The notes beneath the pieces are model-generated. The model searched no databases, was not told where the DNA came from, and saw only the letters and a program-made list of their open reading frames with translations. From Bacteroidota bacterium (GTDB taxonomy: Bacteria > Bacteroidota > Bacteroidia > Flavobacteriales_D > Crocinitomicaceae): DNA of 58,456 nucleotides. The stretch spans positions 1 through 58,456 of the forward strand of contig JBEDCS010000009.1 of NCBI GenBank assembly GCA_041176605.1. The letters are read 5' to 3'. Made by a program: the position numbers and the translations under genes. How positions within the stretch are numbered: position 1 is the first letter of the stretch; each line of letters opens with the position of its first letter. Below are positions 48,995 to 57,429 of this stretch, piece by piece.

Positions 48995-49255
48995 TTATTT
49001 GTTGAGGCCGTTGAGCGCATCCACAAAATAAACGGCTTTGGCTTCTACTTCAGTGGCAATAGCTCTGAATTCAGCTTTTCCTTTTGCTTTGTTGATTTTT
49101 GAAAGCATGGCATCTTGAAAATCAGCTGCCTCATCGATGAGTTTTGCAGAATTTTTAGATTTTGTAGGGGCAGTCATTTCGAAAAAGAAACATTCTTCTA
49201 CGACGTCAAATACCATTTCATTGATATTTCTCTTGAGTATGCGTTTGTTGGCCAT
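48995..49255 (-). CDS. Hypothetical 86-aa protein, predicted helical
   Basis: ATG 49255 (MANKRILKRNINEM...), ending 9 nt upstream of the transporter gene. The track's longer ORF overlaps the divergent rlmI start. Confidence 0.45.
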   Translation of the reverse strand: MANKRILKRNINEMVFDVVEECFFFEMTAPTKSKNSAKLIDEAADFQDAMLSKINKAKGKAEFRAIATEVEAKAVYFVDALNGLNK

Positions 49256-49290
49256 AACTTGATTTTTGGTAAATGTACGCTTTTTCAAGC

Positions 49291-49298
49291 TATTTTTG
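49291..49298 (+). promoter_or_regulatory. -7 box TATTTTTG placed 3 nt before the rlmI ATG (predicts a leaderless mRNA)
   Basis: TATTTTTG-cac-ATG. Confidence 0.4.
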
Positions 49299-49301
49299 CA
49301 C

Positions 49302-50477
49302 ATGTTATATCCCCTTCTGACCATTACTAAAGGCAAAGAACAGTCCATATACCGGAAACATCCTTGGGTATTTTCTGGGGCCATTGCCGATCAAACTGAT
49401 GAATTACAAGACGGCGACATCGTTTGTTTGACCACAAAAAAACAGCAAGTATTAGGGGTGGGGCATTATCAACATGCCACTATCGCTGTTAGAATGCTCA
49501 GTTTTGATTACGAAGTCATTGACCAAGCATTTTACGAGCGTCGCCTCAGTAACGCTTTTGAATTGCGTAAAAAAATAGGTCTGTTGCGCAAAGACAACAA
49601 TATCTTCAGGTTGTGTCATGGCGAAGGAGATCAACTCCCTGGCCTGATCATCGATTATTATGCCGGTGTGGCGGTCATACAATGCCATTCTATCGGCATG
49701 TTCAAGCAAGTCGAAACAATTGCAGCGGCATTGGTTCAGGTTATGGGTAAAGATTTAAAAGCGGTTTATTCAAAGTCTTCAGATACGCTCCCTAAACGCC
49801 AAGAAGTTCAAGACGCTTATTTACATGGAGAGGCGTCTGTGCCGCATTTGGCCTTAGAAAACGGCGTGAAATACCACATCGACTGGATCAACGGACAAAA
49901 AACCGGCTTCTTCATAGACCAACGCGAGAACCGCGCTTTGCTCGGTAAATATGCTCATGGTAAAAAAGTACTCAATACATTTTGTTATTCAGGTGGTTTT
50001 AGTCTTCAAGCATTACACCACAAAGCAAGTTTAGTACATTCCTTGGACAGCTCTAAAAAAGCTATTGGGCTCACCGATGACAACGTGGCTTTGAACGGTT
50101 TTCAGGACAATCATGCATCAATTGTGGATGATGCCATGGATTACATGAAAGATCTACCCGAAGACTACGACATCATTGTACTAGATCCGCCAGCCTTTGC
50201 AAAACACCGAGACAAACGGCATCAGGCCATTCAAGGATACAAAAGACTCAATGCACATGCCATCCGTCAAATCAAACCAGGTGGTTTTATTTTTACATTT
50301 TCTTGCTCTCAGGTTGTTGATACGCAATTATTTACCAATACGGTCATTGCCGCAGCAATTGAAGCCGGGAGGTCTTGCAGAATTCTCGAACAATTGCACC
50401 AACCTGCAGACCACCCCATTCAAGCTTTTCATCCTGAAGGCGCCTATTTAAAAGGTTTAGTAATTCAAATTGATTAA
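49302..50477 (+). CDS. rlmI: 23S rRNA (cytosine-C5)-methyltransferase RlmI-like (PUA plus class I SAM methyltransferase)
   Basis: N-terminal KGKEQSIYRKHPWVFSGAI (PUA/EEHEE). SAM fold ...VLNTFCYSGGFS...VLDPPAFA. Confidence 0.85.
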   Translation: MLYPLLTITKGKEQSIYRKHPWVFSGAIADQTDELQDGDIVCLTTKKQQVLGVGHYQHATIAVRMLSFDYEVIDQAFYERRLSNAFELRKKIGLLRKDNNIFRLCHGEGDQLPGLIIDYYAGVAVIQCHSIGMFKQVETIAAALVQVMGKDLKAVYSKSSDTLPKRQEVQDAYLHGEASVPHLALENGVKYHIDWINGQKTGFFIDQRENRALLGKYAHGKKVLNTFCYSGGFSLQALHHKASLVHSLDSSKKAIGLTDDNVALNGFQDNHASIVDDAMDYMKDLPEDYDIIVLDPPAFAKHRDKRHQAIQGYKRLNAHAIRQIKPGGFIFTFSCSQVVDTQLFTNTVIAAAIEAGRSCRILEQLHQPADHPIQAFHPEGAYLKGLVIQID

Positions 50478-51805
50478 TGCTTCCACTCAACTACCGCACA
50501 ATTTTAGGAGTGGCGTTACCAATGATGGTAACCGGTTTCATCCAGTCAATAGTACTGCTGACAGATGCATCATTGATTGCGCGTCACTCAACTGCTGCTT
50601 TTGACGCAGTAGGCAATGCGGGTTTATTATATGTGACACTTTACATGTGTTTGGCAGGAATGGCAGATGGCGCACAAATCATTATCGCACGCCGAATTGG
50701 GCAACAACGGCCCGACCTCATCGGGCAAGTTTTTGGCACAACCGTTTGGGTACTGATGGCTTTAGCCATCATGCTTTTTTTGGTCTTATATTTCATCATG
50801 CCAGATTTAGTGTACACCTACTCCGCACAAAAAGAAATTGCTCATTTACAAGGTATTTATATCGAACAACGCAGCTTTTCCTTGTTCTTTGCCATGATTA
50901 CACTGGCCATTCAATCGTTCTTTTTAGCCGAAGGAAAATCTTGGGTGGTATTGGTTACCTCTTTGCTCACGGCTAGTTCTAATGCGCTTTTAGCCTATTT
51001 GTTGATCTTTGGAGAATGGGGCTTGCCCGAACTTGGAATCAGAGGTGCTGCCTTGGCCTCTACCATGGCTGACGCCATTGGCATGCTCAGTATGCTTGGT
51101 TTTCTTTGGTTCTCAGATGAAAGAAGAAAATACAAACTTCTGTCTTATTTCAAATTACACCTTGGTTCACTCAAGGAATTACTTAGAGTGGGTAGCCCTT
51201 TGTTGCTACAAGGATTTTCGGCACTTGCCACCTGGACCCTTTTTTTTACGTGGCTCGAGCAAAAAGGAACCTTTGATTTAACGGTATCACAAAACATTCG
51301 CTCCATTTATTTCTTGGCATTTGTCCCTATTTGGGGCTTTGCCGGTACGACCAAAACTTATATCTCCCAATATTTAGGTGCCAAAAAGTTTGAACAAATT
51401 CCGCTTATTCAAAGACGCATCCAACTGCTCACATTGAGCTTTATGCTACTTACCTTTCATGGCGCCGTACTTTATCCAGAAGCGATGATCCGAATGGTGA
51501 ATCCGGCCGAAGCCTATGTTGCGAAAAGTGCTGATATCTTGCGCCTCATTGCTGTTTCAATTTTAGTATTTGGCTTTATTTCTGTTTATTTTCAGACCAT
51601 ACACGGCAGTGGCAACACCCTACACTCCATGCTCATAGAATTTTTTACCGTTGGTGTATATGCCATTTTTTGTTATTTGTTCATCAAGGTTTGGAACCTC
51701 GATATTTTTTGGATTTGGACCGTTGAGTACATCTATTTTGGCCTGCTCGGTGTTATCTCCATATTGTATTTAAAAAACGTCGCTTGGCAAAATAAAAAGG
51801 TATGA
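50477..51805 (+). CDS. MATE-family efflux transporter
   Basis: 442 aa, 12-TM pattern. Start overlaps the rlmI stop by 1 nt. Confidence 0.85.
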   Translation: MLPLNYRTILGVALPMMVTGFIQSIVLLTDASLIARHSTAAFDAVGNAGLLYVTLYMCLAGMADGAQIIIARRIGQQRPDLIGQVFGTTVWVLMALAIMLFLVLYFIMPDLVYTYSAQKEIAHLQGIYIEQRSFSLFFAMITLAIQSFFLAEGKSWVVLVTSLLTASSNALLAYLLIFGEWGLPELGIRGAALASTMADAIGMLSMLGFLWFSDERRKYKLLSYFKLHLGSLKELLRVGSPLLLQGFSALATWTLFFTWLEQKGTFDLTVSQNIRSIYFLAFVPIWGFAGTTKTYISQYLGAKKFEQIPLIQRRIQLLTLSFMLLTFHGAVLYPEAMIRMVNPAEAYVAKSADILRLIAVSILVFGFISVYFQTIHGSGNTLHSMLIEFFTVGVYAIFCYLFIKVWNLDIFWIWTVEYIYFGLLGVISILYLKNVAWQNKKV

Positions 51806-52761
51806 AAAAATCACTGCGCATTGTTTTCATGGGGACACCCGCATTTGCTGTTCGGATCCTAGATGAATTGCACCAAAGCCATCACGAAGTGGTCGGTGTT
51901 GTGACTGTAGCCGATAAACCTGCAGGCCGCGGTCAACTCATGCATCAGAGTGCTGTTAAGCAGTTTGCACTTGAGCAACATTTGCCATTGGCGCAACCAG
52001 AAAAATTAAGAGACCAAACATTTATTGAGCAACTGAAAGAGTGGAATGCCGACGTTTTTGTGGTCGTTGCTTTTCGAATGCTCCCTGATCTTGTTTGGAA
52101 GTTACCCCCGCTAGGCACCTTTAATTTACACGCCAGTTTACTCCCTGCCTACAGAGGGGCGGCTCCGATCAATTGGGCACTTATTAATGGTGAAACTAAA
52201 ACAGGCGTCACGACTTTCTTGATCAATGAGCAAATCGATGCCGGTGCTATTCTTAAACAAGCTGAGGTGCAAATTAGCCCCAATATGAATGTTGGTGAAT
52301 TGCACGACCAACTCCAAGAATTAGGTGCAGCACTCACCTTGGCAACTTGTAATGAACTTGCTATTGGTGCCATTAAACCAATGTTACAAAAGGCTTTTGA
52401 GGGTAAAAGTGCTTTGGCTCCAAAATTATTTAAGGAAAATACAAGGATTGATTGGCAACAGGCACCATTTGACATTCATAACCTCATCAGAGGCTTGAAT
52501 CCTTATCCAGGAGCCTGGTGCAAATTGTGGTCTAAGACCAAAAACGATTGGGTGCAATTCAAAATTTTTGAGTCTGCGCTAAGTGCACATACGTGTCAGC
52601 GGACTAATGGCCCAGAAGCGCGTAAAGAGGGTATTTTATTCCCATGCGCAGACGGCAACTTATTGATACATTCCTTACAAATGGAAGGTAAAAAGCGAAT
52701 GGATGCCAAAGCATTCATGGCAGGAAACGACCTTTCACAGTTTGCTTACTTCCAAGAATAA
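51802..52761 (+). CDS. fmt: Methionyl-tRNA formyltransferase
   Basis: HASLLPAYRGAAPINWALING signature. Start overlaps the MATE gene stop (ATGA). Confidence 0.92.
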   Translation: MKKSLRIVFMGTPAFAVRILDELHQSHHEVVGVVTVADKPAGRGQLMHQSAVKQFALEQHLPLAQPEKLRDQTFIEQLKEWNADVFVVVAFRMLPDLVWKLPPLGTFNLHASLLPAYRGAAPINWALINGETKTGVTTFLINEQIDAGAILKQAEVQISPNMNVGELHDQLQELGAALTLATCNELAIGAIKPMLQKAFEGKSALAPKLFKENTRIDWQQAPFDIHNLIRGLNPYPGAWCKLWSKTKNDWVQFKIFESALSAHTCQRTNGPEARKEGILFPCADGNLLIHSLQMEGKKRMDAKAFMAGNDLSQFAYFQE

Positions 52762-52774
52762 GAAGATTCATGTT

Positions 52775-53923
52775 TTATTGAGGTATATTTAGAGAAATAC
52801 CAAATCGCAAAGGAAATTGCCCGACTGTTGTACCTGTTTTAAAGGTGCTCAACATGGCATAATTGACAAAAGCACCAACAGGGCCATAACCGACCCGAAC
52901 ACAAGCATCGAGCATGAAAGGGTTTAAGTTGAACTTAGAGCGTGTAATCCATTCAAACTTATCTCCATTTTCATAAGTGCCCGTTTGGCGATGATGGCTA
53001 TAAATTCTTACACCACCTAAAACACCTGCATTCACATAAAATGCTTTCTTGAAACTGCTACCGGTTGAAAATTCTAACATAAGTGGCATCGTAATATAGG
53101 CCCCATATAATGAACTGCGTTTGAAATTTTGACTGTTATCTAAAACTGCCGAAACACTCGTAGAATCGTGTTGTAGCGCGTACTGAGCTTTGTAATCTGT
53201 GTTGATGAAGCTAAAACCGTAACCCGTAAGCAGTCCAAAATGATCCGAGAAAAGTCTGAATTTGTGCGCAAATAAGTTCAAGTTGAATACGGAACTTTTC
53301 AGTGGGACATTTTGCCATTCAGGGTTGCTGGCAAAATTCGGGTCAAAACTCAAAAATGCGTTGGTGTTGAGCTGCATACCAAATTCAAAACCTGCCCAGT
53401 GGGCCGAATTTTTTGAATCTTCAAATTCTGCTCCATCTTCAAAACCCTCCTCATCTAAAAAGAGATCAAAAACCAGGGTCAGGCGATTGGTAGATACCAC
53501 AGGCTCATCAACTTCATTGGTAGCAGGTATCCACTTGGGCATATTTCTGACAATATCAAGAGCCGCCGAATCAAGCAGTGCATTATAACCCATTTCAATC
53601 ATTGGATTGATGATTTCGCCTTGTACGCCCACTTCAAATACCACAAAAACTTGCTCTCCAAAAGGAAACACCTCATTGGTGTCTCTGAATATAAATGCCT
53701 CGATTTCAGTTGTGAGGTAAGCTTGTAGCGAATCAGTACCGCCAGGAAAACTTGCGGGTCTTGGGCCTGCCGCTTCCATAGCCACGTTATTTACCTGAAC
53801 TTCCATTGGTGGCTCTACTTGCTCAAGCACCTCTTGTTGAGGAACTTCGGTTGGTTTTTCAATTACTTGAGCAGAAAAATATAGGGCGCTGAACACAAAC
53901 CCAATGAGCAAAGAAAATTTCAT
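52775..53923 (-). CDS. Uncharacterised outer-membrane protein: N-terminal TonB-C-like domain plus C-terminal beta-barrel-like domain
   Basis: Signal peptide. The PASFPGGTDSLQAYL...VFVVFEVGVQGEI segment resembles the TonB C-terminal fold. The C-terminal half has alternating-hydrophobic strands ending ...RFGISLNIPQ. Confidence 0.6.
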   Translation of the reverse strand: MKFSLLIGFVFSALYFSAQVIEKPTEVPQQEVLEQVEPPMEVQVNNVAMEAAGPRPASFPGGTDSLQAYLTTEIEAFIFRDTNEVFPFGEQVFVVFEVGVQGEIINPMIEMGYNALLDSAALDIVRNMPKWIPATNEVDEPVVSTNRLTLVFDLFLDEEGFEDGAEFEDSKNSAHWAGFEFGMQLNTNAFLSFDPNFASNPEWQNVPLKSSVFNLNLFAHKFRLFSDHFGLLTGYGFSFINTDYKAQYALQHDSTSVSAVLDNSQNFKRSSLYGAYITMPLMLEFSTGSSFKKAFYVNAGVLGGVRIYSHHRQTGTYENGDKFEWITRSKFNLNPFMLDACVRVGYGPVGAFVNYAMLSTFKTGTTVGQFPLRFGISLNIPQ

Positions 53924-53951
53924 GAACTAATTTTTGCTAAAGATACGAGTT

Positions 53952-56201
53952 TTAAAAAGCCATGCTCATCTTTAGCAAGAAATGACGTCCTGCCTGTGGG
54001 TAATAGAAATTTTCAGTAGTCGTTTGCCCCCCATATTGGTAACTGAACGTATAGCCATTGTTGGCATATTGCGCAGAAAAGATGTTGTTCACCAACAAGC
54101 CCAATTCAAAGTTTTCGGCAAATTGTTGTTTCACTTTCCAATTCAATATAAAGTTGGTAAATGTGAATGGGTCTATACTTCTGTTAAGGTCAGAAGTGTT
54201 GTCAAGGAACTGACGCGAAACATATTTCGTTTGCAAAGCCAATTGCAGCGACTTGACCGGAGCGTATTGAAGACCCAAGGTTTGAATAAAGTTGGGAGAA
54301 AATGCCAAATCGGTTGTTCCATGATTAATTTGAATTTGTGTATAATAAGGAGCTTCATCCAAGTAAACATCCACGTACTCCACAAAGTTTATAATCTTAT
54401 TCTGACTCAAAGAGCTAGCACTTTGAAGGCGAATTTGCGGAGTAACTGCATATTGCAATTCTATCTCAAGACCTGCTCTGTAACTTTGATCTACGTTCGT
54501 TCTGGTATAGCCCCCGACATCATTAATCTGACCAGTTAAGACCAATTGCTGGTCATAATACATCAAATAAAGGTTTGTTTGGGCGAGTAGGCGCTCATTT
54601 TGGAAACGGTATCCAAGCTCTGTATTATACATTCTTTCCGGTAGCGGGCGATTGGCCGGCGTACTTTCTCTGAAGTCGCGGCGAACGGGCTCTCTGTTAG
54701 CAATACCAAAAGTTCCGAAAACTTGTTGTGCTCCAAAAGATTTGGCAAGTGCCAATTTTGGGTTAAAAAAGTTATAATTCACTGTTTGAGTCACATCTGT
54801 GAGTTCTCCACTCACTTGATCTACCCCTAAAAAGTTATAGTTGATACCGCGATATTGTAAATCTAGGGTGAGGTCGTAGCCGTTTTTTTGGTAATTGGTC
54901 TTGAGGTAAGTACTGGCCTCTTGCTTGACTGCATCATTGTCGTAGTAACGCTCATAAATTTCACTATTGGAAGCGAACTGCGCCCAAATGACTTCTCCAA
55001 AATGCTGTCCGGTGTAGCGATTAACTGCGCCTCCAAAGGTGAATTTCAAATATTGATTTTTCTGAAAATTTAAGCCATAAACCATCCCTACAAAATGATT
55101 GTCTAACCATCTTCTTCTGATCAAGTCCGTGCTCGCTATGGTATCCGCGCCAATAAAAACTGGCGCTAAGCCATAATCTGATAAGGCATCATCGCTGCGA
55201 TATTCTTCGTAAAATCCTCGGCCGTAAGTGTAATGGGCCGCTAAATTGAAGTCTAGTCTGTTGGAAAATTTATGGATAAAATGCAACTGATAGTTGTCCT
55301 GCTTGTAGTTGTCTACTTGATTCGCGTAGGTGTAATAATTGTAGGAGCGGCCAGAATTTAACAAATTCGCCGTCTCTTCAGCACTTAAACCATTTCTGCT
55401 GGCATAGTCAAGCATTCCTAATGAATCACCTCTATAACGGCTCTCAGGTGTGCCGTACCACGCTTGGTAGGTTCGTTCTGTCCCGTTGAGCACCACCGCT
55501 TTCCAAATCGATTTTTCAGTTAGGTAAGTTGCGGTAAGGCCCAAAGAAGTTAAATCACTTGTAGCCCGATCAAGATAACCATCTGATCGAATTTGAGAAA
55601 GTCTGGCATCTAGGGAAAATCGGTTATTCAATAATCCTGTCCCTGCCTGAAGAGTGCCTTTGAGCGTTCCGAATGATCCCGCAGCTAAATCTGTTCGGGC
55701 ATAAGCTTTGGACCTGATATCACTTGTTTTGATATTCACGCTAGCTCCAAAAGCAGCTGCACCATTTGTAGAAGAGCCAACCCCTCGTTGTATTTGAATG
55801 TTCTCAACGGACCCTACAAGATCAGGCATATTCACCCAATAAACATCGTGCGATTCTGGATCATTGACAGGAACACCATTTATGGTGACATTGATGCGGC
55901 TGGCGTCTACACCCCTAATGCGCAAACCGCTGTAGCCGACTCCGGCACCGGCATCACTCGTCGTTACGACAGATGGCGTAAACTCGAGCAAAGTTGGCAT
56001 GTCTTGCCCGAAATTTTTGAAACCTAAAACCTCTTTTGTTACAGTAGTGTTGCTTGGGTTGTCTTTGGCTCTGAGCCGAGAAACTACGATGCCTTCAATG
56101 TTTTGAATTTTTTTAATGGTGTCGGCCGCAATTTTTTGGGTTTGCTGAGCCATAGCTGCAGAAGCAATCAATAAAGCTGGAACTAAAAGTCTTGTTTTCA
56201 T
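53952..56201 (-). CDS. TonB-dependent outer-membrane receptor (probable thiamine-related uptake, given the upstream riboswitch)
   Basis: Signal peptide MKTRLLVPALLIASAAMAQQ. Plug domain (GLRIRGVDASRINVTINGVPVND). 22-strand-sized barrel ending in the terminal Phe (...KMSMAF). Confidence 0.9.
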   Translation of the reverse strand: MKTRLLVPALLIASAAMAQQTQKIAADTIKKIQNIEGIVVSRLRAKDNPSNTTVTKEVLGFKNFGQDMPTLLEFTPSVVTTSDAGAGVGYSGLRIRGVDASRINVTINGVPVNDPESHDVYWVNMPDLVGSVENIQIQRGVGSSTNGAAAFGASVNIKTSDIRSKAYARTDLAAGSFGTLKGTLQAGTGLLNNRFSLDARLSQIRSDGYLDRATSDLTSLGLTATYLTEKSIWKAVVLNGTERTYQAWYGTPESRYRGDSLGMLDYASRNGLSAEETANLLNSGRSYNYYTYANQVDNYKQDNYQLHFIHKFSNRLDFNLAAHYTYGRGFYEEYRSDDALSDYGLAPVFIGADTIASTDLIRRRWLDNHFVGMVYGLNFQKNQYLKFTFGGAVNRYTGQHFGEVIWAQFASNSEIYERYYDNDAVKQEASTYLKTNYQKNGYDLTLDLQYRGINYNFLGVDQVSGELTDVTQTVNYNFFNPKLALAKSFGAQQVFGTFGIANREPVRRDFRESTPANRPLPERMYNTELGYRFQNERLLAQTNLYLMYYDQQLVLTGQINDVGGYTRTNVDQSYRAGLEIELQYAVTPQIRLQSASSLSQNKIINFVEYVDVYLDEAPYYTQIQINHGTTDLAFSPNFIQTLGLQYAPVKSLQLALQTKYVSRQFLDNTSDLNRSIDPFTFTNFILNWKVKQQFAENFELGLLVNNIFSAQYANNGYTFSYQYGGQTTTENFYYPQAGRHFLLKMSMAF

Positions 56202-56258
56202 TTTGTAAAAATTAAACAAGAACAAGGGGCTAATTCTTGGTGATCTTAAAAAATTAGC

Positions 56259-56339
56259 TCGTCATCTTCCCTTCGCTGGCATTATCCAAATCAGGTTCAA
56301 TGGGTATGATCTCAGCCTTGCGGCACCCCTTAGAGACGA
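56259..56339 (-). promoter_or_regulatory. TPP (THI-box) riboswitch aptamer
   Basis: The minus strand reads TCGTCTCTAAGGGGTGCCGCAAGGCTGAGATCATACCCATTGAACCTGATTTGGATAATGCCAGCGAAGGGAAGATGACGA. It contains the invariant CTGAGA, ACCTGAT..GGATAATGCCAGCG and AGGGAA blocks and a closing P1 helix (TCGTCTCT/AGATGACGA). Confidence 0.9.
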
Positions 56340-56341
56340 TG

Positions 56342-56349
56342 CAAAATTA
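56342..56349 (-). promoter_or_regulatory. -7 box TAATTTTG driving the riboswitch leader
   Basis: Exact TAnnTTTG match on the minus strand, ending 2 nt upstream of the P1 5' strand. Confidence 0.45.
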
Positions 56350-56409
56350 ATGGAATTGTGGCTTGTAGCTCAGAAATTTCAAAAATAATCTTGAAGGACT
56401 CAATAAAAT

Positions 56410-57393
56410 TTATTGATGCATTTGCGCCACAATTTGAGCAATCTGAACCGCATTGGTGGCGGCGCCTTTACGCAAGTTGTCGGCAACAATCCAAAGATTG
56501 AGCGTATTTGGCTGTGATTCGTCGCGGCGAATGCGCCCTACAAACACGGCATCTTTGCCCTCAGCAAAACGGGGCATTGGGTACTCAAACGCAGCAAGGT
56601 TATCTTGCACAACGATTCCTGGCGTATTCGACAAAATACTTTTTACTTCGGTAAGGTCAAAATCTTGTTCAAATTCGATGTTAACTGCTTCGGAGTGTCC
56701 GCCAACGACTGGTACGCGAACTGCTGTTGCCGTTACTAAAATTTTTGGATCAAGTATTTTTTTAGTCTCGTTGGTCAGCTTCATCTCCTCCTTGGTGTAG
56801 CCGTTTTCAGTGAAAACATCGCATTGCGGAATGCAATTTTTGTCTATGGGGTATTTATAGGCCATCTCAGCACTGATGCCGTTGCGCTCGTTTTCAAGTT
56901 GCTGCACAGCTTTGACACCTGTTCCGGTGATGGATTGATACGTAGAAACCACTACCCTTTTGACGCCATAACGCTGATGCAAAGGAGCAAGTGTCAATAC
57001 CAATTGAATGGTGCTGCAATTCGGATTGGCAATAATGAGGTCTTCTTTGGTGAGCTGTTGTCCGTTGATTTCCGGAACAACTAGTTTTTTTGTGGGGTCC
57101 ATTCGCCAAGCAGAAGAATTGTCAATGACAACTGTTCCTACAGCCGCAAAACGAGGTGCCCACTCCAATGAAGTATCACCCCCAGCCGAAAAAATTGCAA
57201 TGTCTGGGCGCGCATCAACGGCAGTTTGCAAGCTCATGACAGCATATTCTTTTTCTTGAAACGTTAATTTCTTACCGACGCTGTTTTCGGAGGCCACCAT
57301 TAATAATTCGGTAAAAGGGAATTTTTGCTCTGCTAAAACTTGCAACATCACTGATCCGACCATGCCTGTTGCGCCAACGACAGCTACTTTCAT
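56410..57393 (-). CDS. asd: Aspartate-semialdehyde dehydrogenase
   Basis: MKVAVVGATGMVG Rossmann start and active-site NPNCSTI. ATG 57393. A -7 box TAATTTTG lies on the minus strand at 57409-57416, so the track's longer start is rejected. Confidence 0.92.
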   Translation of the reverse strand: MKVAVVGATGMVGSVMLQVLAEQKFPFTELLMVASENSVGKKLTFQEKEYAVMSLQTAVDARPDIAIFSAGGDTSLEWAPRFAAVGTVVIDNSSAWRMDPTKKLVVPEINGQQLTKEDLIIANPNCSTIQLVLTLAPLHQRYGVKRVVVSTYQSITGTGVKAVQQLENERNGISAEMAYKYPIDKNCIPQCDVFTENGYTKEEMKLTNETKKILDPKILVTATAVRVPVVGGHSEAVNIEFEQDFDLTEVKSILSNTPGIVVQDNLAAFEYPMPRFAEGKDAVFVGRIRRDESQPNTLNLWIVADNLRKGAATNAVQIAQIVAQMHQ

Positions 57394-57429
57394 TTGATTT
57401 TTTTTTGACAAAATTAAACTTTGTTTGCA

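Noticed and set aside
53982-54539. 185-aa ORF antisense to the TonB-dependent receptor gene.
   Set aside because: It is a shadow ORF inside a well-supported CDS, with no promoter box or recognisable motif.
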